DNA of 64,000 nucleotides, taken from positions 1,023 to 65,022 of the forward strand of contig JAUNIW010000003.1 of NCBI GenBank assembly GCA_030523245.1, read 5' to 3'. The position numbers and the translations under genes were made by a program. The notes beneath the pieces were generated by a model. The model was given only the letters and a program-made list of their open reading frames with translations, was not told the DNA's origin and did no database searches. Source of the stretch: Pseudomonadota bacterium. GTDB taxonomy: Bacteria; Pseudomonadota; Alphaproteobacteria; RF32; CAG-239. Shown here piece by piece: positions 54,503 through 63,844 of this stretch (position 1 is its first letter; the number at the start of each line of letters is the position of its first letter).

Positions 54503-57500
54503 AGAAGAGTTTGAACAGCTGCGTACCGAATACGGAATACAGGCGACACACCAGCAGCAGCTGGCTGCCGACCCGTTGAAATCTGTCTGGGTTGAAGCTT
54601 CTGCCGGCACGGGTAAAACCAAAGTTTTGTCGGACAGGGTGTTGCGCCTTTTGCTGAACGGGGTTAATCCGCAGCGGATTCTCTGCCTGACTTATACAAA
54701 AGCGGCAGCCGTTGAAATGAACAGTCGTATCTCCGAGCGTTTGAGTGCATGGTCTGTTATGTCTGAAGCCGAATTGGAAGAAAGCCTGTTTTCGCTGCTG
54801 GGACAAATTGATGATGTCAGCCGCCAGAAAAAATACAAGCAACGGGCACGGACATTATTTGCCATACTTCTGGATACACCGGGCGGTATTAAAATACAAA
54901 CCATTCATAGTTTCTGTCAGGAAGTGTTAAAACGTTTCCCGCTGGAAGCCGGTGTTTCACCGTATTTTGATATACTGGATGATGAAACGGCTGCTGCGGC
55001 GCTGGCCCAAATTCAAAAAGAGCTACTGGAAAAAACGGAATATGGGGCTGACTGTCCTTTGAAAAGGGCTTTGCAGTATCTGACTGAAAACGTGAGTGAA
55101 TATACTTTTCCGAAGCTGATGACGAATATAACGGCAAACCGTTCCAAGATTGTCGGTTTTCTGAATAATTATCAAAGCGAAGAAAATTTTCATCAGGTTT
55201 TGGCTCAAAAACTGCAGATTGAAGCCGATAAAACAGAAACAGAGATAATGGCGGAATTTATGGCCGGTATAAATGTTTCGGCTTTGCGGGCAGATATTGC
55301 AGCCTTATCCAAAGGCGGCAAAAAAAATCAGAAGATGTCGGAAAATTTGGAAAATCTGCTGCTGCAAGGATTGAAAACGGAAGATTATCCGGCCTATAAA
55401 AGCTTGTTTCTGACTCAAAAGGGTGAGTTGATACAAAAAATAGCGGATAAAAATTCAACGGCAGCCGACGGAGATTTACCGGAGCGTTTGCAAAGAGAGG
55501 GCGAACGACTGCTGCAAACGGAACAAACGTTGCGCAAGATGAAATTGTTTGCGGCAACAAAATCCGTATTTTCTATTGCCGGAGAATTGAGCCGTCGTTA
55601 TACGGAATATAAAAAGATTCATTCTCGGCTGGATTATGAAGATTTGATTTTACTGACGAGGACTTTACTGGCGGATAATGCAGCGGCCTCTTGGGTAATG
55701 TTTAAACTGGACGGGGGTATTGACCATATTCTGATTGATGAAGCACAGGATACATCACCGGTGCAATGGGATATTGTACGTTATCTGAGCGCAGAGTTTT
55801 TTGCCGGTAAAGGCAATTCGGAAAAAAAGCGTACGGTTTTTGCCGTGGGTGACAGAAAACAGTCTATTTATAGTTTTCAAGGAGCCGATCCGGATAAATT
55901 CGACGATATGTTCGGATATTTTGAAAGAGTGGCGGCACAAGATTTTCAAAAGGTGAATATGGGTATCTCTTTTCGTTCGTCGGCAGCTGTCTTGAAAATG
56001 GTGAACGAGTTGTTTGCCAAGCCGGAAATTTCTGCCGGTGTGACAGCGGCAGGAGAAAGCGTAAATCATCGGCCGTACCGTGTGGGCGAAGCCGGAAAAG
56101 TTGAAATATGGCCTCTGGAAACAGCGCAGAAAGAAGAAAAAAGTACCGAGTATTTACTGCCGCCGACGGAAAGAAAAACGGAACATTCCGTAAAAAAAGA
56201 ACTGGCTCAGAAAATTGCAGCCGAAATAGTCCGTTTGGTAAAAGAAGAACATTTGCAATATCGGGATATTATGGTTTTGGTGCAGACACGCAGTAGTTTT
56301 GTCGATGAATTTATTCGTGCCTGTAAAGAAAACGACATCAATATAAACGGGGTGGATAAATTAAAGCTGGGCGAACAGATTGCCGTACAGGATTTGATTT
56401 CATTGGGACGTTTTTTGTTGTTAAATAATGATGATTTATCTTTAGCCGAAGTCTTAAAATCGCCGTTGTTCGGATTGACGGACGAGGATTTGCTGAAATT
56501 ATGTGCCGGCCGCGGCAAAGCTCCTTTATGGTCAAAACTCGGAGATTTTCCGGAATATGCCGAAATTTATGACAATCTGAAAACATTGTCGGATAAACTG
56601 GATTATATTCGTCCGTATGAGCTTTTTAATTATGTGCTGACCAAAATGAACGGTCGTCACAAATTTACCGAACGTATGGGAACGGAGGTTGAAGATGCAC
56701 TGGATGAATTTATAAATCTGACAATAGCCTATGAAAAAGAGCATATACCGAGTTTGCAGGGTTTTATTGACTGGATAGGCCGTTCAAATGTAGAAGTCAA
56801 GCGAGAAACCGAGCAGAAAGACGCCGACGCGGTACGTTTGATGACGGTTCACGGTTCAAAAGGTCTGCAGGCTCCTGTCGTTTTTCTGCCGGATACGGTT
56901 AGGGTTAAAAATATTAAAAATGAGCAGGCTTTACTCTGGGACGAAAATATGGCCTATTATCCGTTGAGCAGTTCTTGTTATGATGATACCTGTCTGCGGA
57001 TAAAAGAAAAAAACAGCCGGAAGTCTTTGGAAGAATATCGCCGTTTGTTATATGTTGCTCTGACTCGGGCCGAAGACAGATTATATATCTGTGGTTTTTG
57101 CGGAAGCAACGGTGCTTCTGAAAGTTCATGGTATAAATTATGTGAGCAGACTTTACACGAATGCGGTGTTGAAAACGGCATAAAATTTGAAATTGTGGAA
57201 CCGCAGGTCATTGCCGGTAAAAAGGACAAGGGAACAACAAAAGAAAATCTGATGCCGCAGCCGGAAGACTGGTTGTATCAACAGGCCGGCGAGGAATCTC
57301 TGCTGGCAAAACCATATACGCCGTCTCATTTAGATGATGAAACGGATGCGGATTCGGTTTCTCCGCTGGCCGAAAGCGGAAATTTTTACCGGCGCGGTAA
57401 TCTGATTCACAAGCTGTTGCAGTTTTTACCGCAGCAGGCAGAAGTTCAGGAAGAAATTATCAAGGAGTATCTGGATAAGAATGCTGCCGATTTTACGGAA

Positions 57501-57845
57501 AAACAACGGGAACAAATAAAAACGGAGGTTCTGACTTTATTGCAGCAGCCGCAGTTTGCCGAAATATTCGGTCAGAATTCCAAAGCCGAAGTGCCGGTGG
57601 TCGGTGAAATTGACGGTAAAATTATTTCCGCGCAGCTTGACCGGCTGGTAATTTTGCCGCAGAAAATTATGATTGTTGATTTCAAAACGAACCGTCCGGC
57701 AGCCAAAACCTTGGCTGATACGCCGGAATCCTATGTAAAACAGCTGGCTGCTTATGCCGGACTGGTACGGAAAATATACAGAGGTAAGCCGGTAGAAACG
57801 TACATATTATGGACGAATGAAACCAGATTGATGCGTGTTTCTTGA
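54483..57845 (+). CDS. addA: Double-strand break repair helicase/nuclease AddA (UvrD-like)
   Basis: Walker A ASAGTGKTKVL, UvrD helicase motifs (LIDEAQDTSP, VGDRKQSIYSFQGA, TVHGSKGLQAPVVFL), and C-terminal nuclease motif LDRLVI...MIVDFKT. Confidence 0.9.
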   Translation: MKKMRTKEEFEQLRTEYGIQATHQQQLAADPLKSVWVEASAGTGKTKVLSDRVLRLLLNGVNPQRILCLTYTKAAAVEMNSRISERLSAWSVMSEAELEESLFSLLGQIDDVSRQKKYKQRARTLFAILLDTPGGIKIQTIHSFCQEVLKRFPLEAGVSPYFDILDDETAAAALAQIQKELLEKTEYGADCPLKRALQYLTENVSEYTFPKLMTNITANRSKIVGFLNNYQSEENFHQVLAQKLQIEADKTETEIMAEFMAGINVSALRADIAALSKGGKKNQKMSENLENLLLQGLKTEDYPAYKSLFLTQKGELIQKIADKNSTAADGDLPERLQREGERLLQTEQTLRKMKLFAATKSVFSIAGELSRRYTEYKKIHSRLDYEDLILLTRTLLADNAAASWVMFKLDGGIDHILIDEAQDTSPVQWDIVRYLSAEFFAGKGNSEKKRTVFAVGDRKQSIYSFQGADPDKFDDMFGYFERVAAQDFQKVNMGISFRSSAAVLKMVNELFAKPEISAGVTAAGESVNHRPYRVGEAGKVEIWPLETAQKEEKSTEYLLPPTERKTEHSVKKELAQKIAAEIVRLVKEEHLQYRDIMVLVQTRSSFVDEFIRACKENDININGVDKLKLGEQIAVQDLISLGRFLLLNNDDLSLAEVLKSPLFGLTDEDLLKLCAGRGKAPLWSKLGDFPEYAEIYDNLKTLSDKLDYIRPYELFNYVLTKMNGRHKFTERMGTEVEDALDEFINLTIAYEKEHIPSLQGFIDWIGRSNVEVKRETEQKDADAVRLMTVHGSKGLQAPVVFLPDTVRVKNIKNEQALLWDENMAYYPLSSSCYDDTCLRIKEKNSRKSLEEYRRLLYVALTRAEDRLYICGFCGSNGASESSWYKLCEQTLHECGVENGIKFEIVEPQVIAGKKDKGTTKENLMPQPEDWLYQQAGEESLLAKPYTPSHLDDETDADSVSPLAESGNFYRRGNLIHKLLQFLPQQAEVQEEIIKEYLDKNAADFTEKQREQIKTEVLTLLQQPQFAEIFGQNSKAEVPVVGEIDGKIISAQLDRLVILPQKIMIVDFKTNRPAAKTLADTPESYVKQLAAYAGLVRKIYRGKPVETYILWTNETRLMRVS

Positions 57846-57936
57846 AAAACTTATTGTGTTTTTTGCAGGAACCTTTAATATCTCAAATAGAAAGACTATA
57901 TAGGAATCATCATTTTACAAAATAAGGAGAAAAAGA

Positions 57937-58254
57937 ATGACACAACCGTTAACAGACAGCCAGTTTTCAGAAAACGTATTAAATTCAAAAGGTCTTGTTT
58001 TAGTTGATTTTTGGGCAGAATGGTGCGGCCCGTGCCGTCAGCTTGGTCCTATCTTGGAAGCTGTGGATGAAGAAATGAACGGTGCTGTTAAAATCTACAA
58101 GATGAATGTGGACGATTCGCCGGAAACAGCCAGCCAGTTTGGGATTCGCAGCATTCCGACAATGTTTTTGTTTAAAGACGGCAAGCAGGTAGACACCAAA
58201 GTCGGCCTGAATAATCAGTCAACAATCACGTCTTGGATTGAATCCCATAAGTAA
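57937..58254 (+). CDS. trxA: Thioredoxin
   Basis: WAEWCGPCR active site. 105 aa. AAGGAG SD. Confidence 0.95.
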   Translation: MTQPLTDSQFSENVLNSKGLVLVDFWAEWCGPCRQLGPILEAVDEEMNGAVKIYKMNVDDSPETASQFGIRSIPTMFLFKDGKQVDTKVGLNNQSTITSWIESHK

Positions 58255-58274
58255 AACAAGGAATGTTTTAATCG

Positions 58275-58308
58275 GCCGGTATACCTCAGTGTATGCCGGC
58301 TGTTTTTT
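58275..58308 (+). terminator. Rho-independent terminator after trxA
   Basis: GCCGGTATA...TATGCCGGC stem (9 bp including one G-U pair), followed by TGTTTTTT. Confidence 0.7.
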
Positions 58309-58488
58309 ATTTAACCGGTTAAATCGGTATTCTGTGCAGAATCTTCTTGATTTTGGATAATAATTATGTTAAACAGCTTCTGAAATAAAGAGGGTTTTTG
58401 TGTATGAACGCCTGCGTCACCGTAGCAAAAACCGTGTTTTAATCCGCTTTGCCCATCAAAGCATAGAGATAATGAAAGGAATTACATC

Positions 58489-58944
58489 ATGAGACATGGT
58501 GATGGACACAGAAAATTCAGTATGCCGAAAAGCCAGAGAAGAGCTTTGTTCTCTAATCTGACAAGTGCTTTACTGGAACACGAACAAATTACAATTACTT
58601 TGACTCGCGCCAAAGAATTGAGAACATTTGCCGATAATATGATTACTTTTGCGAAAAAAGGTGATTTGAACAGCCGTCGTATTGCCGCAGCATTTCTGCG
58701 CAATAATGAAGTAGTTTCTAAGCTGTTCTCTACTCTGGCAGAACGTTATAAAGAGCGCAACGGCGGTTATACCCGTGTTTTGAAAGCCGGTTTCCGTTAT
58801 GGCGACTGCGCACCTATGGCAATCATTGAATTGGTTGACCGTGATGTTAATGCAAAAGGTGCCAAAGATTTAGCTCGTGTTGCCGCTGAAAAAGCTGCCG
58901 CTGCCGAAGCTGAAAAAGCCGAAGGTGCTGCTTCTGTCGAATAG
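58489..58944 (+). CDS. rplQ: 50S ribosomal protein L17, with Ala/Glu-rich C-terminal tail
   Basis: MRHGDGHRKFSMP...RRALFSNLTSALLEHEQITITLTRAKELR matches the L17 N-terminus. GGYTRV motif present. Confidence 0.9.
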   Translation: MRHGDGHRKFSMPKSQRRALFSNLTSALLEHEQITITLTRAKELRTFADNMITFAKKGDLNSRRIAAAFLRNNEVVSKLFSTLAERYKERNGGYTRVLKAGFRYGDCAPMAIIELVDRDVNAKGAKDLARVAAEKAAAAEAEKAEGAASVE

Positions 58945-58963
58945 TTCGGTTAAGAAAAAAATA

Positions 58964-58994
58964 AAAAAGCGGTGTGTTTAACGCCGCTTTTTTT
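58964..58994. terminator. Bidirectional terminator between rplQ and the histidine kinase gene
   Basis: A-run, then GCGGTG-TGTTTAA-CGCCGC hairpin, then a T-run at 58988-58994. It overlaps the kinase stop codon. Confidence 0.65.
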
Positions 58995-60651
58995 CGTTTT
59001 TGCCGAAAGGAATACGGATGGTAAATGTCGAACCTTTGTCGGGCTTGCTTTTCACCGTAATCCGTCCGGACATTTTCTCGACCAGACTACTGACGATAGC
59101 CAATCCCAGTCCGGAACTTTTGGCAGAATCATTTGCCGAATAAAACGGTTCAAAAATATGTTTTAATTTATCAGGACTGATGCCTGTGCCCGTGTCTTTG
59201 ACATCAAGGAAAATATTATTATTTTTCATGTATGTCGAAAGAATAAGATTGCCGCCGTTCGGCATGGCTTTTATGGCATTTTGCGTCAGATTCAGAATAA
59301 TCATTTTGAAATCGGCATCATTTCCTTTGAATTTCAAATTATGTTCCAGCTGTGTTTTAACGGAAATGCCATGACGTTTTGCCTCATAGTCAATCATGAG
59401 AAGGATATCTTTAACGGTATTTTCAATATCAATTTCCGTTTCTTCATTTTCGGAATATTGAACCAAACGCAGCAGTCGTTCCGGTGTTTTAATGGTTTCA
59501 ACCAGTTGATTATAAGCCATAAGCAGATACTTTTTTTGGTCATCCGTGTCCGGAATATCTTTATAATAACTGGAAAGAAGGCCTTCAAAAATCATACGAA
59601 TAGCCCCGAGATTGTTTTTAATTTCATGGGCAATAGACGTGGAAAGAAAAGCCAGAGAAGAAATTTTTTGTTGATGCGAAAATTTAATATCGTTGCTCAA
59701 ATCATGAAATGCTTCCACTATATAAACATCATCCGGTGTATTTCTCCATTGTAATCGTGTTGCATTAAGATAAAGCGGTCTTTTGCCGACTTCATGAATG
59801 GTGTGGAAATGTTCGGAAACATCGCCGGAATTTTGCAAGAGTTCTTTAATGGGACAGGCATATTGCCGCTGCAGACACCCTTCACAGGAGTGATTATAGG
59901 CCCGATAACATTTTTGGCCGACACAAGATTTTTTCAATTTGAGCATATTATGAAATGCGGTGTTGGCCATTATCACATTATATTCTCTGTCAATAACCCG
60001 AATACCGTCCGGAATAGCATCAATTAACTTTTGTAAAAAGGATTCGCGGGCTTTTGTTTCTTCAATATTATATTCTGTATTGTCCAGCATTTTATTGAAA
60101 GCGGAATATAAGATATCAAATTCATCTTGGAATCTTCCCTTTTCAATATTGATACGGCTGGAAAAAATGCCGAGAGAAACCTTGCGGCTGATTTCGATTA
60201 GTTTTTCAATCGGCCGGATAACCCAATAATCCAGCATAAAAATCAAAAGGAAAATAAAAAGAATAACAATAAACAGGCTGAAACCCAGAATTTCGGCGCC
60301 GACCTTAAGCGCTTCACGGTTATTGTTGTAATTTTTCTGTAATTCCGCATTCAGTTTTTGTTCTCGGGACAATTCTTTTTGGGTAAGGTTAATTCCCTGT
60401 GAAACGGTATTAACGCGGGAAACCGGAGAAATTTCCGGATTTTTTTCGTAAATTTGAGCCAGTTGCTTTTGCAGGGAAATATTGTCATAGAGCAAGTCCA
60501 CGACATATTGATTTCTTAAATAAAGAGAATTCTGTCTGTCCTGCAGGTTACGGGCATAAAAATTGATAAAGATAATAAAAAACAATCCCGTAATTAAAAA
60601 CAAAAAGACTAAGATACTATAAAGAATTTTTTTGTTCAGACTGATAAACAT
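58978..60651 (-). CDS. Membrane sensor histidine kinase (HAMP + Cys-rich PAS-like + HisKA + HATPase_c), orphan
   Basis: Two TM segments flank a periplasmic region. H-box SIAHEIKNNLGAI, N-box LTQNAIKA, G-boxes DTGTGI and GLGLAI. No response regulator gene is adjacent. Confidence 0.85.
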   Translation of the reverse strand: MFISLNKKILYSILVFLFLITGLFFIIFINFYARNLQDRQNSLYLRNQYVVDLLYDNISLQKQLAQIYEKNPEISPVSRVNTVSQGINLTQKELSREQKLNAELQKNYNNNREALKVGAEILGFSLFIVILFIFLLIFMLDYWVIRPIEKLIEISRKVSLGIFSSRINIEKGRFQDEFDILYSAFNKMLDNTEYNIEETKARESFLQKLIDAIPDGIRVIDREYNVIMANTAFHNMLKLKKSCVGQKCYRAYNHSCEGCLQRQYACPIKELLQNSGDVSEHFHTIHEVGKRPLYLNATRLQWRNTPDDVYIVEAFHDLSNDIKFSHQQKISSLAFLSTSIAHEIKNNLGAIRMIFEGLLSSYYKDIPDTDDQKKYLLMAYNQLVETIKTPERLLRLVQYSENEETEIDIENTVKDILLMIDYEAKRHGISVKTQLEHNLKFKGNDADFKMIILNLTQNAIKAMPNGGNLILSTYMKNNNIFLDVKDTGTGISPDKLKHIFEPFYSANDSAKSSGLGLAIVSSLVEKMSGRITVKSKPDKGSTFTIRIPFGKNEKKRR

Positions 60652-60654
60652 CGG

Positions 60655-61359
60655 CTATCTCATTTTGTTGATAAAATCATCTTTATCGGCAATTTTCAGA
60701 TAAGGATTGCATTGTTTTTCCAACCCCAGCATATTGCCGACGGGCGGCAGGTTGTTACGCCGACAGTTTTCCAAAAATTGCAAATATGGCACAAAGGCTG
60801 GATTCTGCAAGGCGGCCGGTGTAAGGCTTGTATATTCATGCCCCGGATAAAAACGAACATCATCGGGCAGAGCCTTGATTTTTTGCAAACTTTGCCACAT
60901 TTGTTCCGGCGTTCCTTCAAATAAACCGCCGATACACAGGTTAAAGAGAACATCTCCGGTAAACAGGGCTTTTTCTTTTTCAAAATACCAGAGAATATGG
61001 CCGTTTGTGTGTCCGGCAGCCAGAATAATCCGTGCTTGTGTTTCTCCCAGTTTGAAAATATCTCCGTCTTCAAGCGGAATATCGAGGCCGTCAATCAGAT
61101 TCTTTTCTATGGCCGAACCGGCAATTTTCAGGCCGTAACGCTTTTTCAATGCCAGATTGGCATTGGTATGATCTTCGTGATGATGTGTTGTCAGAATAAA
61201 TTGCGGGACAATATTTTTCTTTTCGCAAAAATCAATAATTGCCTGTTCTTCGGCAGCATCAACAACCGCGGAAATACCGGTTGTATCATCAACCAGCAAA
61301 TAAGCATAGTTATCCATAAAACCGGCGTTGCATAAAACAGGATAAATAGAAAGACTCAT
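60655..61359 (-). CDS. gloB: Hydroxyacylglutathione hydrolase (glyoxalase II)
   Basis: Metallo-beta-lactamase motif TTHHHEDHTNAN, GHTNGHI, FTGDVLF and a C-terminal HAGH domain. Confidence 0.88.
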   Translation of the reverse strand: MSLSIYPVLCNAGFMDNYAYLLVDDTTGISAVVDAAEEQAIIDFCEKKNIVPQFILTTHHHEDHTNANLALKKRYGLKIAGSAIEKNLIDGLDIPLEDGDIFKLGETQARIILAAGHTNGHILWYFEKEKALFTGDVLFNLCIGGLFEGTPEQMWQSLQKIKALPDDVRFYPGHEYTSLTPAALQNPAFVPYLQFLENCRRNNLPPVGNMLGLEKQCNPYLKIADKDDFINKMR

Positions 61360-62246
61360 TCAATGTTCTCCAGTTGCGGGTTATAATCGGCCTTTTGTAA
61401 TTTATAAAAAGAAAAAGTGTAGTCTATCATACCGGCGATATTTTTTAAGTTGCTGTCCAGAAGCATGGTTGCGGCTACTTGCGGTCCGTAAAGAGGGCGG
61501 CCGATTTGGCGGGCTTTGTCACGGGATATGCGTAAATATCTGTAGTTAATATTTGAATTAAGCTTTAAAATCTGGTCTTCAATACCTTCTGACAGAGTAC
61601 CGTACATTTTATAGCGATAGTCGGCATCTGAGTCATCAAGCGGCTTAAGTCCCTGATTATCATACCATATTTCCCGTAAATATAAAGAATTTGCCTGCAG
61701 GGCAAGACGTGAGGTTCCCCAGTCGCTGTATATACCGGCCGTGGCAATAAGAATAGAAGGAGGTACGGCGTCTATTTTGCTTAACAGCTGCTGGAGCAGA
61801 ACAGACATGCGTTCTCTGCCGCTCAAACGGGTAAAGGCATCATATTTTTCTGCCAGTTTTTCGACGAGTTCCTGTTCGCCGGCAGACAGAGGCGTATTAT
61901 TTTTGAATTTTTTATGAACATCTTCAATTTTTTGCCGCTCGGCAATAACTTTTTCATTGGCAGCCAGTACCAGCGGCAGCATAATGCGGATAAAAGTCCG
62001 GTGTTTGTCGTCACTATCGGCAACTTCTTTCCAGTCCGAAGGCAGACGTAAAAAATAAATACGGGGAAATCTGGAATTTATTTTTGAAAAATCCGAAAAA
62101 TTATATTCTTTGAACAAATTTTCCGCTTCTTCGGTTGTTGCCGATTTTACCCAAAGCGCGCCGTTTTTCTTCTCTGTAATCAGACGGGCATCGGCATTGG
62201 CAGCCGTCCAGAAAAGCAATAAGAAAAGCACACAGCGAAAAATCAT
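61356..62246 (-). CDS. Secreted Bax/FlgJ-type glucosaminidase-like protein (catalytic Glu apparently substituted)
   Basis: Signal peptide. The segment ATAGIYSDWGTSRLALQANSLY aligns to the remembered glucosaminidase core (A..ESgWGtSrlA...NNlFG), with Tyr at the Glu position. Confidence 0.45.
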   Translation of the reverse strand: MIFRCVLFLLLFWTAANADARLITEKKNGALWVKSATTEEAENLFKEYNFSDFSKINSRFPRIYFLRLPSDWKEVADSDDKHRTFIRIMLPLVLAANEKVIAERQKIEDVHKKFKNNTPLSAGEQELVEKLAEKYDAFTRLSGRERMSVLLQQLLSKIDAVPPSILIATAGIYSDWGTSRLALQANSLYLREIWYDNQGLKPLDDSDADYRYKMYGTLSEGIEDQILKLNSNINYRYLRISRDKARQIGRPLYGPQVAATMLLDSNLKNIAGMIDYTFSFYKLQKADYNPQLENIE

Positions 62247-62247
62247 T

Positions 62248-62775
62248 TTAATCCTTTATTTGAATATCATTCAGCAGAGGAACATAACGTTTAAAACAAC
62301 GGACAATAACATTGTTAAGCGTATTTTGCGCATAAGGACAGCCGGCGCAATGTCCCGTAAATTGTAACAAAAGATTATTATCGGTACAGGATATTATTTT
62401 GACGTCCCCCTTGTCACGGTTAAGAGTTGGCCGGATGAACGAATCAGCCAGAGCCTCCAGCAGTTCGATATTGTCCGGACGGTTTTCCCCGACCGGCAGA
62501 AGAGGATGCTTTTCTTCAAGATAGTCGGTCAGTTCGGCCAAAACAAGAGCTTTCACGTCTTCTTTATTGGCATTTTCGTTGTACGCCACACCGACAAGGA
62601 CATCTGTTAAAAGACAGCTTTTAACACCGTCAATATCTAAAAGAGCTGCGGCCGGTGCCGGCGTTTGCGCATCTTTCTGCCGGAAAAAGACCGCCGTATT
62701 ATCGGCAACCAGCGGTCGGGGCAGAAAAAAGTTAAGATGCGTTTTGGGGGCTAAATCTTCAATTTTAATAAGCAT
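62248..62775 (-). CDS. nfu: NifU/Nfu-type Fe-S cluster scaffold protein (Nfu_N + NifU C-terminal domain)
   Basis: CAGCP motif (FTGHCAGCPYAQNTL). The ATG at 62775 (MLIKIEDL) is preferred; the upstream track extension overlaps the preceding gene. Confidence 0.8.
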   Translation of the reverse strand: MLIKIEDLAPKTHLNFFLPRPLVADNTAVFFRQKDAQTPAPAAALLDIDGVKSCLLTDVLVGVAYNENANKEDVKALVLAELTDYLEEKHPLLPVGENRPDNIELLEALADSFIRPTLNRDKGDVKIISCTDNNLLLQFTGHCAGCPYAQNTLNNVIVRCFKRYVPLLNDIQIKD

Positions 62776-63844
62776 TTTTTTCCTGTATTTTATTTTGTAT
62801 CCGGATAACGGCAACCAGCGCTCTTTCCAGATAATAATTTTGCACAATCAAGTGGTTTGCGCCGAAAAGACTGTCCAATTCGGCATTTCGTACCATTATC
62901 GGACTGAATTCGGCTGCTTTTTGTAAAGAAGACAACAGGTATGTCCATTCGGTATAAATGTCATTATCAACAATTATCGTTTTGAAATCCGAGCCGGCAG
63001 ACAAAGCTATCTGCCAAGCCCCGAAAGCATAACCGCGGGTTTTATAAAAAACATCGTCAGCCTTTGTATCAAAAATTTGCGAAGAATGTTCAATGATTTG
63101 GCTGTCATTTTTTTGAATAAGCCGGCGCAGGGATTTATCGAGCCGTTTTAAATAGACTGTAAAATCTGCAGCCGAAGCCGTATATTTTTCTTTGTTGTAT
63201 TTTCTGAGTTCGCGGCGGGCCTTACGGTATTGGGCGTTGGAAGACGGTGATAAGCCGAAAGCACCCTTACGGGACATCAGCCAGATGTTTGGCGGATAAC
63301 GCAAAAATTCATCAGCTTGTTTAATATGTTCTTTTTGCTCCGGTGTCTGGTTTGCAAAATGTTTTATGGCACCCGTCGTATCCCGAACCGATGAGATGAC
63401 GCCGATTTGGAAATTCGGCATATTATCCAGAATATAAGCCGGAAAAACAAATGGCAGATTAGGTGTCCACATTTTACTGTCAATCTCGCGGTCAATTAAA
63501 AAGGACATAGTATTGGCCATTTCCAGTTTATCGCTTTTTTCTTTAGGCAGGGTATAGGCAGGTGTAACGTTAATATCTTCTACCCAGAGGCTGCCCAGAA
63601 TATAGTAAACAAATAAAAAGCAAAAAACCGCGCTTAGAACAAATTTCCATGAATCTGATATTTTTTTACTGATTTTTTTTACAAAACTGATAATTTTTTT
63701 GAATTTAAAATTTTGCAATTTTTTCTGCAGTATTTTAGCCTTTTGCCGTAAAAAAGCCGGCCAGCGTTCTTTTTGCTGTTTGCTAAAACGGGCAAATAAG
63801 ATAAATTTTTCTTTCAGCAAAGCAAAAAAACGGGATATATCCAT
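62765..63844 (-). CDS. Membrane-anchored conserved hypothetical protein (DUF2333-like)
   Basis: N-terminal basic region plus one TM (FVLSAVFCFLFVYYILG). DNMPNFQIGV and the overall length resemble the remembered DUF2333 family; this is low certainty. Confidence 0.45.
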   Translation of the reverse strand: MDISRFFALLKEKFILFARFSKQQKERWPAFLRQKAKILQKKLQNFKFKKIISFVKKISKKISDSWKFVLSAVFCFLFVYYILGSLWVEDINVTPAYTLPKEKSDKLEMANTMSFLIDREIDSKMWTPNLPFVFPAYILDNMPNFQIGVISSVRDTTGAIKHFANQTPEQKEHIKQADEFLRYPPNIWLMSRKGAFGLSPSSNAQYRKARRELRKYNKEKYTASAADFTVYLKRLDKSLRRLIQKNDSQIIEHSSQIFDTKADDVFYKTRGYAFGAWQIALSAGSDFKTIIVDNDIYTEWTYLLSSLQKAAEFSPIMVRNAELDSLFGANHLIVQNYYLERALVAVIRIQNKIQEKNAY

